Program-made: the position numbers and the translations under genes | Part shown: positions 27,654 through 36,500 of the stretch, in pieces | Layout: every line of letters begins with the position of its first letter | Numbering within the stretch: the stretch's first letter is position 1 | Notes under the pieces: generated by a model | Told to the model about the DNA's origin: nothing | Seen by the model: the letters and a program-made list of their open reading frames with translations, nothing else | Database searches by the model: none | NCBI GenBank assembly: GCA_963822405.1 | Contig: CAWGHH010000001.1 | Location: forward strand, 293,373-357,372 | DNA length: 64,000 nucleotides | Direction: 5' to 3' | Source: Candidatus Uhrbacteria bacterium | GTDB taxonomy: Bacteria; Patescibacteriota; Patescibacteriia; UBA9934

Positions 27654-28538
27654 ATGGCAAAAACGTTGGGTTCTTATAAAAAGATCAGTATATTGCGCGA
27701 ACGGTACTATCAGGTAGCAACGGGTAAAGATGCACTTTTGAAGCTTATTGCTGAGGTGGAAGTGGCGGAGCAGGTTTATAACTCAAATGCTATTGAGAAT
27801 AGCACTCTTAGTCTTGAAGAGACGGAAAAGATTCTTTTGCAAATTGATCTGGATCGGTACGTGGAAGGACGGGAGATTTTTGAGGCTAAGAACTTGGCGC
27901 GTGTTGTGGGCTATATTGATCACAAGGCGAAAGAGCAGGAATTGACGCTTGATGTCATGTTGTCACTTCATCAGATGCTGATCTTGAATATTCAAGATGA
28001 TATTGCTGGTAGATTCAGGAACGAAAAAGAATTTGTTCGCGTGGGCAGCTATATCGCGCCTAACCCGAAAGAAGTGGTTGGGCTTCTTGAAAAGATGCTC
28101 GCCGAATACAATGCTTCAAGTCACGAGAATATTATTAAGCGTATCGCTCGCCTACATTTAACATTTGAGCATATCCATCCATTTGTTGACGGGAATGGTC
28201 GCATCGGTCGAGTAATCAGTAATTATCTTCTTCTCCGAGAAGGCTTCGTGCCGATCAATATTAAGTTTATCGATCGGGACATGTACTATGAAGCATTTAA
28301 GGAATTCGATACTAAAGGAGAGACTAGGGTGATGGAGGAAATTGTTGGAAAGGCGTTGACTAATAGTTATCACAAACGACTTGCGTATCTAGAGGGGGCG
28401 GAAATAATGACACTAACTGAATACGGAAAAAAGAATAAGATTTCACGGACGAATTTAGTGAATAAAGCTAGCCGTCAAACAATCGAGGCGTTTTTGGAAA
28501 AAGGTATTTGGAAAATCGGAGTCAAACATGGCGTATAG
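27654..28538 (+). CDS. Fic family protein
   Basis: 294 aa. Fic motif HPFVDGNGRIGRVISNYLL. Confidence 0.8.
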   Translation: MAKTLGSYKKISILRERYYQVATGKDALLKLIAEVEVAEQVYNSNAIENSTLSLEETEKILLQIDLDRYVEGREIFEAKNLARVVGYIDHKAKEQELTLDVMLSLHQMLILNIQDDIAGRFRNEKEFVRVGSYIAPNPKEVVGLLEKMLAEYNASSHENIIKRIARLHLTFEHIHPFVDGNGRIGRVISNYLLLREGFVPINIKFIDRDMYYEAFKEFDTKGETRVMEEIVGKALTNSYHKRLAYLEGAEIMTLTEYGKKNKISRTNLVNKASRQTIEAFLEKGIWKIGVKHGV

Positions 28539-28551
28539 TGTTGGTTAGCCT

Positions 28552-29916
28552 ATGCTCTCCAAATCCTCTTTCATGCAGTTTCTCCGGTGTAGTTGCGAGC
28601 TGTGGCTGTATAAGCAACGGCCGGATTTGGCGCCGGAGTTTGATGAGGCGACCTTGAGAGTTTTTGCGACGGGTAATGAGGTAGACAGCTGGGCGCAGAA
28701 GCTGTACCCCAAGGCGGTGAATGTGATGGGGTTTGGGAAGAGGGGAGCGGAGGATATGAAGAAGGCGATTGCTCTTGGCGCAAAGGCGTTATTACAGCCG
28801 ACTTTTATTGTGAATGCGTTTGGGGGAGAGATTACCTGTAGAGCTGACATCATGAAGAAAAATAGTGACGATTCTTGGGATCTTCTAGAGGTAAAAAGCA
28901 CCACGGAGGTGAAGAAAGAGCACATCATGGATATGGCGTTTCAACGTATAGTCCTTGAGGAAGCCGGATTGAAGATTCGAAAGACTCTTCACGTCCACAT
29001 CGACAATCAATATGTTCGAGCGGGAGAAATTGAGCCAGAGAAGTTGTTCGCGCGTACAGATGTAACTCATGAGGTTGAGGAGCTATTGCCATTGTGTCGA
29101 AAAGAAATTCCGCGTGCGCTCTCTGTGCTCGATTGGGGGAAGGAACCGAACCTCGACATCATCAATAACTGTACTGACCCGGAGAAATGCGAATTCCGAG
29201 CATGTATTTTACAGGCGATGGGGGAGGAGGACGAGACGTACAGGATTAGTCCTGCCAACCCAAATTTGAAGATTGATAAGACGGCCATTAAAGAAGAGCT
29301 CGACAGCCTAACTTATCCTCTCTACTTTTTAGATTACGAAACATGGAATCCTGCTATTCCGGCTTTTGATGGCTACAAGCCGTATCAGCAGTGCGTGTTT
29401 CAATATTCAATCCATATTTTGAAATCACCAAAGGCCAAGCTAGAACACGTTGAGGTTTTGGTTGACGAGTTAGTTGATCCGGCGCCGATTATTGCAAAAG
29501 CGCTGGCCGAGCATATCGGTCCGACGGGCAGTGTCATTTCTTGGAACATGATTTTCGAGGCTTCTCGAAATGAAGAACTCGGCGACCTCGTTCCTGAATA
29601 TGCTGATCAACTACGAAGCATTAACGAACGGATGTTCGACCTCATGATGATCGTGAAAAAGGGTTACTACAAAGACGCACGCTTTGGGGGCAGTGCATCC
29701 TTGAAAAAAGTTCTCCCAGTTCTGTGTCCCGAACTTTCTTACGACTCTCTGGCTATCCATGAAGGTGGCACCGCCTCCGCCAGCTGGCCTGTCCTCACGA
29801 ACCCGTCGACCACGCCTGCCGACAAAGCTCAACTCCGCAAAGACATGCTCGCTTATTGCGAACTAGATACATTGGCGATGGTGGAAATTTATAAGAAGTT
29901 TTTAACGATTGTGTAA
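28552..29916 (+). CDS. DUF2779-like protein: N-terminal Cas4/RecB-type PD-(D/E)xK nuclease fused to C-terminal DEDDy-type 3'-5' exonuclease-like domain
   Basis: 454 aa. Cys-rich N-terminus. RADIMKKNSDDSWDLLEVKST (D...E-V-K). C-terminal LYFLDYETWNP (Exo I-like D-x-E) and YCELDTLAMVEIY (Y-x3-D). Confidence 0.45.
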   Translation: MLSKSSFMQFLRCSCELWLYKQRPDLAPEFDEATLRVFATGNEVDSWAQKLYPKAVNVMGFGKRGAEDMKKAIALGAKALLQPTFIVNAFGGEITCRADIMKKNSDDSWDLLEVKSTTEVKKEHIMDMAFQRIVLEEAGLKIRKTLHVHIDNQYVRAGEIEPEKLFARTDVTHEVEELLPLCRKEIPRALSVLDWGKEPNLDIINNCTDPEKCEFRACILQAMGEEDETYRISPANPNLKIDKTAIKEELDSLTYPLYFLDYETWNPAIPAFDGYKPYQQCVFQYSIHILKSPKAKLEHVEVLVDELVDPAPIIAKALAEHIGPTGSVISWNMIFEASRNEELGDLVPEYADQLRSINERMFDLMMIVKKGYYKDARFGGSASLKKVLPVLCPELSYDSLAIHEGGTASASWPVLTNPSTTPADKAQLRKDMLAYCELDTLAMVEIYKKFLTIV

Positions 29917-29946
29917 GTTTTGAGTTTTGGTATATTGATCCTTGAT

Positions 29947-30912
29947 ATGAAAAAGAAAACCGGATTGGTTGTATATCAGACAAAGACCGGAGCGATCGAG
30001 CTTCGGGGCGATGCTGAAAAACAGACTCTCTGGGCAACTCTCGATCAGATTGCTGATGTTTTTGGACGTGATAAATCTGTGATTTCGCGCCATTTTTCGA
30101 GTATTTTCAAAGAAAAAGAGCTTGACCGAAATTCAGTTGTTGCAAAAAATGCAACAACTGCCGCTGATGGCAAAACCTATCAAGTAGCGTTTTATAATTT
30201 GGACGCGATTATCTCGGTTGGATACCGTGTTAATTCGGTTACTGCCACGAAATTCCGTCAGTGGGCAACGAAAACTTTACGTCAACACATTACTAAAGGA
30301 TACACTATAAACCCAAAGGTAATTAAGAATAACTACGCCGAATTCCAGAGGGCTATTGCGGGAATTAGGCATCTTTTGCCTGAGGGGTCGCCGATTGATC
30401 ATGCGAGCGTACTCGAGCTCATTTCCGCTTTTGCTGATACTTGGTTGTCGCTCGATGCTTATGACAAGGAGAATCTCGTAACAAAAGGGGCGACGAAAAA
30501 GTCCGTTACTTTAACGGCCGAACAACTTTCGGCAGCGCTTTCGGATTTTAAGACGGAACTCGTAAAGAAAGGCGAGGCGACTGAATTGTTCGGCATCGAA
30601 CGGAATGCTGGGAATGTGCAGGGTATTGTCGGGAATGTCATGCAGTCTTTTGGTGGAAAGGCGATGTATGCCACCATTGAGGAGAAGGCGGCGCATCTTC
30701 TATATTTCATTATCAAAAATCATCCATTTACGGACGGGAATAAGCGCAGCGGCGCCTATGCCTTTATTTGGTTCTTGCACCGTGCGGGCACCCTTGATCG
30801 CTCAAGAATCACTCCGCCAGCTCTCACCGCTTTAACGTTGTTTATCGCTGAAAGTGATCCTAAGAATAAAGAGCAGATGACTAAACTTGTTTTGCAGTTG
30901 CTGAAAAAATAG
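29947..30912 (+). CDS. RhuM-family N-terminal domain fused to Doc/Fic-type (death-on-curing) domain
   Basis: ORF-track 29920-30912. Likely start MKKKTGL at 29947. RhuM block AIISVGYRVNSVTATKFRQWATKTL. Doc motif HPFTDGNKRSGAYAF. Confidence 0.65.
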   Translation: MKKKTGLVVYQTKTGAIELRGDAEKQTLWATLDQIADVFGRDKSVISRHFSSIFKEKELDRNSVVAKNATTAADGKTYQVAFYNLDAIISVGYRVNSVTATKFRQWATKTLRQHITKGYTINPKVIKNNYAEFQRAIAGIRHLLPEGSPIDHASVLELISAFADTWLSLDAYDKENLVTKGATKKSVTLTAEQLSAALSDFKTELVKKGEATELFGIERNAGNVQGIVGNVMQSFGGKAMYATIEEKAAHLLYFIIKNHPFTDGNKRSGAYAFIWFLHRAGTLDRSRITPPALTALTLFIAESDPKNKEQMTKLVLQLLKK

Positions 30913-30929
30913 CCGCTATAGAGTTCGAT

Positions 30930-31015
30930 TCCGCAAAGGCGTGCTCGTCTATTGTGAGTTCGACACGCTAGCGATGGTGGAGATTTATAGGAAGTTTCAC
31001 TTAGTAATTCTATAG
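30930..31015 (+). pseudogene. 3' remnant of a second DUF2779-family gene (encodes ...KGVLVYCEFDTLAMVEIYRKFHLVIL*)
   Basis: About 80% nucleotide identity over roughly 70 nt to 29855-29916, the C-terminus YCELDTLAMVEIYKKFLTIV* of the 28552-29916 gene. In-frame with its own stop. No upstream reading frame. Confidence 0.5.
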
Positions 31016-31073
31016 CCAGCACAACAAATTGACCCTTTTATATCCAGTTGTTAATCTCTTAGTAGGAGGCATC

Positions 31074-31316
31074 ATGGCACTTACACCGAAGCTCCACCTT
31101 TCGCGAATTGAGAATCAAGGCGTTGAGCTGTGCGAGATGCGCCTCGACGAGGCGATTCGTGATAAGTATCCCGGAAGCGGCAAATTGATCGTGGACGTGT
31201 CGCTCGGCCAGGAGTACCTTACCTGGCGGGTTCAGTCCGTGATCCGTCAGCGTTTTCTTTCGGCCGGCTGGCGCGAAGTCAGCTTCTATTTCGAGAGGGT
31301 TACACTGTCCGTTTAG
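31074..31316 (+). CDS. small hypothetical protein (80 aa) in GC-rich cassette
   Basis: AGGAGG 8 nt upstream of the ATG at 31074. ORF-track 31029-31316. Confidence 0.35.
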   Translation: MALTPKLHLSRIENQGVELCEMRLDEAIRDKYPGSGKLIVDVSLGQEYLTWRVQSVIRQRFLSAGWREVSFYFERVTLSV

Positions 31317-31372
31317 CGGGCGGGCGTTATCGAGTAGAGAATTCCAATCATAGGCAACCCAGGGAGGACGAC

Positions 31373-31570
31373 ATGCTTAGTAAGGAATTGATCGAAGAAA
31401 CCAGACGTCATATTGACGAAGTCGGGGCGGGGCCAGCCGTCAACGGCGTGTTTCCGCTCCTGCCCGGATACGACCATGATGGCAACCCGCTTTCTCCGAA
31501 TGAGAGCGCTCGCCTACAGGGACTGTCTCGCCGTGCGAAACGTCTCGGTCTGTCCAGCATCAGCGGCTGA
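31373..31570 (+). CDS. small hypothetical protein (65 aa) in GC-rich cassette
   Basis: GGGAGG before the ATG at 31373. Followed by an intrinsic terminator. Confidence 0.35.
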   Translation: MLSKELIEETRRHIDEVGAGPAVNGVFPLLPGYDHDGNPLSPNESARLQGLSRRAKRLGLSSISG

Positions 31571-31585
31571 AGCCGTGTGCATCTC

Positions 31586-31616
31586 GAGGCCTCCCACCGG
31601 AGGCCTTTTGCTTTTG
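31586..31616 (+). terminator. rho-independent terminator (AGGCCTCC-CACC-GGAGGCCT + TTTGCTTTTG)
   Basis: 8-bp GC stem plus T-tract, read directly. Confidence 0.5.
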
Positions 31617-31668
31617 ACCTTTTCGTACTGGTGTGATGTCATGTCCACGCCCTTGTTTTGGAGGTCTC

Positions 31669-32001
31669 ATGTTCCAGGTCACCAACGCGAACGAGCTCAT
31701 GGAGCTTGTGGCGTATCTGAACTTTGTGCTGACAATGACGGTAATCGGTATGCTGTTGCTCTCTGTCTGCTGGGGTGGGAGCAACGATATCTTCACTCGA
31801 AGTATGGAGAACAGGGAGCGTTGGAAGACAACAGCACTATTCACCTTCGGTATAATCGGCTTCAGCTATTGGACGACGTTCGGTCGTACTGTCGTTGGCC
31901 TCTTGGAGGCGTGCGCATTCGCTGTGACGATGGTCAGTATCGCAAGCGGTATCATCGCCTTCAGCGTCTATTGCATCCGTCCCGTTCCTTCGTCTGAATA
32001 A
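31669..32001 (+). CDS. small membrane protein (about 110 aa, 3-4 TM helices) in GC-rich cassette
   Basis: GGAGG before the ATG at 31669 (MFQVTNANE...). ORF-track 31633-32001. Hydrophobic segments throughout. Confidence 0.4.
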   Translation: MFQVTNANELMELVAYLNFVLTMTVIGMLLLSVCWGGSNDIFTRSMENRERWKTTALFTFGIIGFSYWTTFGRTVVGLLEACAFAVTMVSIASGIIAFSVYCIRPVPSSE

Positions 32002-32015
32002 TCGGCAACTCGTAC

Positions 32016-32050
32016 GAGGTCTCCATTCGGAGGCCTTTCGCTTTTTATCG
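32016..32050 (+). terminator. rho-independent terminator (GAGGTCTCC-ATTC-GGAGGCCT + TTCGCTTTTTAT), near-duplicate of the one at 31586
   Basis: 8-bp stem with one G-U pair, plus T-tract. Confidence 0.45.
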
Positions 32051-32069
32051 GAGATCCTTCGGCAAGAAA

Positions 32070-33026
32070 CTAATCCCGGCGAGTAATGGGGTGATGTCTT
32101 CTTGGTTTTCGTTTTGCGCAGAGCATAACCGGTTCCGCTTTTCCGATTGCATATGCGACGCTTATCAGGCACTCGTGCGCCTTGCCGGACCTCACGATGT
32201 CGACAGCGACTTCGCGGGCTTTGCGGGCGGCTGAGCGGTCGACCTTCGTCATGTCTTTGCCGGCCGTAGCTCCGCCTCCGTGAGCAACGATTCCACCGTA
32301 TGAATCGACAGCTAATTTTCGACCAGTGAGTCCAGTGTCGGCCGCGAATCCACCGATGACGAATTTGCCGGTTGGGTTTGTAAGAATCTCCATGTTTGGC
32401 GCGCGGAATTCCTCGGGGATAACGGGGAAGATTACTTTTTCAATGAGCGTTTTTCGAATCTCTTCTTGAGAAACGTTCTCGTCATGCTGGGTACTAATGA
32501 GAACGACGGTGACCTTTCCGTTCTCCATGGTGATTTGGGCTTTGCCGTCGGGGCGGAGCCAGGAGATAGGGCCGACATTGAAGTCGGCCCGTACTTCGCC
32601 CCGTCGGAGTTCGGTGAGTTTATCGGTTAATTGGCGAACAAAGACCAATCCCCGAGGCAGAAATTCCGGTGTTTCATCCGTCGCAAAGCCGTACATGATA
32701 CCTTGATCTCCTGCGCCACCGGTGTCGACACCCTGGGCGATGTCGGGGGATTGCGTAGTAATATGCTCGATAACTTTCAAAGTATCGTCGTAGCCAATAT
32801 CGTGATAGACCTTGAGCGCGACGGCTGAATAGTCGACTTTGGCCTTAGTAGTAATCTCGCCACCAAGGACAAGGAGACCGTGACTGCCGAAGGTTTCAAT
32901 GGCGACTCGACTATCCTTATCTTGCGCAACACACGCATCCAAAATTGCATCGGAAATCTGATCGCAGACTTTATCTGGGTGACCAATAGTGACGGATTCG
33001 ACTGTGTAGAGACGGGGAGTGAACAT
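32070..33026 (-). CDS. metK: S-adenosylmethionine synthetase, apparently C-terminally truncated (318 aa)
   Basis: GHPDKVCDQISDAILD. GGGAFSGKD-equivalent HGGGATAGKDMTKVDRSAA. Ends about 16 aa after AIGKAEPVML, whereas E. coli MetK continues about 75 aa beyond the equivalent AIGVAEPTSI. Confidence 0.8.
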   Translation of the reverse strand: MFTPRLYTVESVTIGHPDKVCDQISDAILDACVAQDKDSRVAIETFGSHGLLVLGGEITTKAKVDYSAVALKVYHDIGYDDTLKVIEHITTQSPDIAQGVDTGGAGDQGIMYGFATDETPEFLPRGLVFVRQLTDKLTELRRGEVRADFNVGPISWLRPDGKAQITMENGKVTVVLISTQHDENVSQEEIRKTLIEKVIFPVIPEEFRAPNMEILTNPTGKFVIGGFAADTGLTGRKLAVDSYGGIVAHGGGATAGKDMTKVDRSAARKAREVAVDIVRSGKAHECLISVAYAIGKAEPVMLCAKRKPRRHHPITRRD

Positions 33027-33160
33027 AAAAATAACGCCTCTTTGGGCGTCTAATAATAATTATCTGCCCCTTTCGGGCTGGAGTTAGCACCTTCTCGAGA
33101 GAGGGTTGCTGCCGTGTCATTGGGCCAGGACCCTCGACGGACTCTTGATATATTCAATTG
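33027..33160 (-). promoter_or_regulatory. SAM-I (S-box) riboswitch in the metK leader
   Basis: Minus-strand transcript reads UAUCAAGAGUCCGUCGAGGGUCCUGGCCCAAUGACACGGCAGCAACC...GAAGGUGCUAACUCCAGCCCGAAAGGGGCAGAUAA. This matches the S-box consensus elements: UCAAGAG, GAGGGA-like, UGGCCC, AUGA, GCAACC, GGUGCUAA, AGAUAA. A hairpin GACGCC-CAAA-GAGGCGU plus U-tract abuts the AUG and sequesters a GAGG Shine-Dalgarno. Confidence 0.7.
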
Positions 33161-33272
33161 TCGAACGGGAAGTAGTTTAGCACATGTGTTCTTGAGTACA
33201 ACTAAAACCAAATTCCCCTCAGCCTTTTGAGCATTGGGGAATCTGTGGTCCCGGGCCTGGGATTTTCTCCTA

Positions 33273-33348
33273 TGGACCCAACGGGATTCGAACCCGTAAT
33301 TTCTGGATGACAATCCGGACAAGGTTAACCAATTACCTCCATAGGCCC
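33273..33348 (-). tRNA. tRNA gene or pseudo-tRNA (canonical acceptor, D and T arms; anticodon arm non-canonical; identity undetermined)
   Basis: Minus-strand read GGGCCUA-UG-GAGG-UAAUUGGUUAA-CCUU-G-UCCGGAUUGUCAUCCAG-AAAUU-ACGGG-UUCGAAU-CCCGU-UGGGUCC-A. The 7-bp acceptor has two G-U pairs. T-loop is GGUUCGAAUCC. The anticodon region does not form a 5-bp stem with a 7-nt loop; its best fold is GGAU/AUCC around a 4-nt loop. Confidence 0.5.
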
Positions 33349-33361
33349 CAATGGCCCGGGG

Positions 33362-33407
33362 TAAAAAACAATACAAACCCCGCCAGTAAAGGGGAGTTTG
33401 TATTGTT
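33362..33407 (-). terminator. long hairpin (12-bp AACAATACAAAC/GTTTGTATTGTT stem) followed by a T-tract on the minus strand, just upstream of the tRNA
   Basis: Read directly. On the plus strand there is no T-tract after it. Confidence 0.35.
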
Positions 33408-33566
33408 GTCATCCATTTGGAAGGTATTGCTACCTCGCCCGGATATATACATTTCACCATATCCCCGAGCGCTTAGTCAATCTCCTGTGGATAACGTGCG
33501 GATAGCTAGAGAAACATAGCACTTCCATGCTATCGGCTAAGTGGGGGATTTGGTAAGCTCTGGGAC

Positions 33567-36500
33567 ATGGAATCCAAGGACTTCGTCTATCTTCATAATC
33601 ACTCCCACTATTCATTGCTTGAGGCTCTTCCTAAGCCAAAAGCAATTGTTAAGCGTGCTAAAGAATTGGGGATGAATGCTGTTGCACTCACTGATAACGC
33701 GAACCTTTATGGGGCGGTTGAGTTTTTCAAAGCGTGTAAGGACGCGGAGATGAAGCCGATTTTGGGTGTCGACATGTACGTAGCACAGCACCGCATGACG
33801 GACAAGCGAGCGCGCGTGGATGATCGACCTTACCGGTTAGTTCTTTTGATCGAGAATGAGGAAGGCTATAGAAACATTTGTAAAATTGTGACCGCGGGAT
33901 TCCTTGAAGGTTTCTACTACAAGCCTCGTGTCGATAAGGAATATTTGCGCGCGCACTCGAAAGGCCTGATTGCACTTTCAGGTGCTGTCGCGGGGGAGGT
34001 GCCGAATGCGGCGAGTAACGGTGACATGGAGAAAGCAAAAACGTTAATTGCTGAGTACCAGGATATTTTTGGCAAAGAAAACTTTTTTCTTGAGATGATC
34101 CATCACCCGGACATGCCCCGGCAGGTGGAGGTGAACGAGGCTTTTAGAAAGTTATCGGCCGAAACTGGCGCGCCGTTAGTGGTTACTCGAAATACTTTCT
34201 ACCTCGATACTGAGGATCGCGAAGGTTACGAGGCACAGTTGTGTATTCAGCGTGGCCGAACGCTTGAAGAATATCGCCGAACTAGTACAGAAGAGATTGA
34301 TCTTTCTTTTGGCGAGCCAGCCGAAATGTTTGAGGCCTTTGCAGATACTCCCGAGGCGTTTGAGAACACTCGAAAGATCGCTGATCGCATTAATTTTCAA
34401 ATGGAGCTCGGTAAAAACTTTTTGCCGAATTTTCCGTTACCAGAAGGAAAAACTGACGCCGACGTTCTGCACGAATTATGTATCAAGGGGCTGAAGTTCC
34501 GTTACGCTGACCCGATTCCGCCTCACGTGATGGAGCGCTTCGAGTTCGAGTATTCAACGATCGTGAAAATGGGTTTTCCATCTTACTTCTTGATCGTGCA
34601 GGATTATATTGTTTGGGCTAAGGATCATGGCGTGCTGGTTGGTCCTGGTCGTGGTTCGGCCGCCGGTTCAATCGTCGCCTACGCCCTCAAGATTACGGAC
34701 ATTGATCCGCTCGCTTACGGCCTACTTTTCGAGCGTTTCTTGAACCCTGACCGTATCAGCTTGCCGGATATCGATACTGACTTCGCGGACACTGGTCGCG
34801 GTAAGGTTCTTGAGTATGTAACGCAAAAGTACGGCGCTGATCACGTGGCCGGCATCATCACTTTTGGAACGCTCATGCCCCGGGCGGCTATTCGTGATGC
34901 GTCACGCGTTCTTGGTTTGTCATTCCAGGAGGCTGACGTGATTGCTAAGGTTGTGCCCCCGCCGGTTCAGGGTAAGCAGACGCCACTAAAAGTTGCGATT
35001 GTCGAGTCGCCCGATCTGCACATGATGTACGAAGGGAATCCAATGGCTCGGCGAGTGCTTGATCTGGCCATGAAGCTGGAAGGCAATCCGCGCCACGCGT
35101 CCCAGCACGCTTGTGGAATTGTTATTGGTGACCGGCCTTTGGTCGAGCGTGCCCCACTTCAAGGTGGTCAGCATGAGGACATGGCGCTCATCACGCAGTA
35201 TTCACTTAACTCGTCGGAAGCAGCGGGACTAGTCAAAATGGACTTCCTTGGTTTGTCGAACTTGACCGTCATTGAAGACGCGATGGCGATTATTAAGGCG
35301 GTAACTGGCGACGTGATCGACATAGACACGATTAACTTAAAAGATCCAAAAGTGTTTGCCTTGCTCGGTCGAGCCGAAACTACCGGTGTGTTCCAGCTCG
35401 AGTCCGACGGCATGAAGCGTTACATCAAAGAGCTGCAACCGTCGGCGTTCGAAGATATCATCGCTATGGTGTCGCTTTATCGCCCTGGTCCGATGCAGTT
35501 TATTGATAGTTACATTCGCCGAAAGCACGGACTTGAAAGAGTAGTTTACGAGCACCCGCTCATGGAAAATGCGTTTAAAGAAACGTACGGTATTCCGGTT
35601 TACCAGGAGCAGGTTATGCAGGTCTCGAAAGACCTTGCCGGTTTTACTGGGGGAGAAGCTGACAGTTTGCGTAAAGCCATGGGTAAGAAAATTGCGGAGC
35701 TGATGGCGAAGATGAAGGTTAAATTTGTTGAAGGTGCGATGAAAAATGGCGTGAAGGAGCAGGTTGCGGTCAAGATTTTTCAGAAACTCGAAGACTTTGC
35801 GGCTTACGGTTTTAACAAGTCGCATGCTGCTTGTTACGCCATGATTGCGTACAGAACTGCGTATCTTAAGGCGTACTATCCCGAATGTTTCATGGCCGCG
35901 CTCATGAATTCGGACGCGGGGAACATTGACCGTATTACGATCGAGGTCGACGAGTGTACGCGTATGGGCATGAAGGTGCTGCCCCCAGATGTGAACGAAT
36001 CGTTCGCCGGTTTTGCGGTGGTGAAGGGGACACGCAATATTCGTTGGGGACTGATGGCGATTAAGAACGTAGGAACTGAAGTCGCCGAGTTGATTGTTAA
36101 AGAACGAAAAACTAACGGGGACTTTAAAGACTTGCCGGACTTTTTGGCTAGAGTAAATTCGCGTGCGTTTAACAAGAAGACGCTCGAAGCGCTCTTGAAG
36201 ACCGGCGCGTTCGACAAGTTCGGGGACCGCATCACGCTCGTGACTAACCTCGACAGTTTAGTGATGTACAACAAACAAGTGAACGAGGAACGGGAGCGCA
36301 ATCAATCGTCGTTGTTCGAGCTGACGCCAGAGATGAATGCGAAGAAATTGATTCTGCGCCCAGCTGATCCGTTGCCAAAGAGCGCCATGCTCGCCTGGGA
36401 AAAAGAATTGCTTGGTTTGTATGTGTCGAGTCACCCGGCTGGTTTGTTTTTCGACCAGTTTTCAAGGTTCGTCGTGCCGACTAAGAAAATAAACGAGCTG

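Noticed and set aside
33273-33348. Possibility that the tRNA-like sequence is the tRNA-like domain of a tmRNA
   Set aside because: Both acceptor halves lie within 76 nt with D and T arms between them, whereas a tmRNA would separate them by roughly 300 nt. So this is a tRNA-type molecule, albeit with an odd anticodon arm.
33050-33460. 136-aa minus-strand ORF
   Set aside because: It overlaps the tRNA and the SAM riboswitch leader, has no motif, and is a by-product of the structured RNA region.
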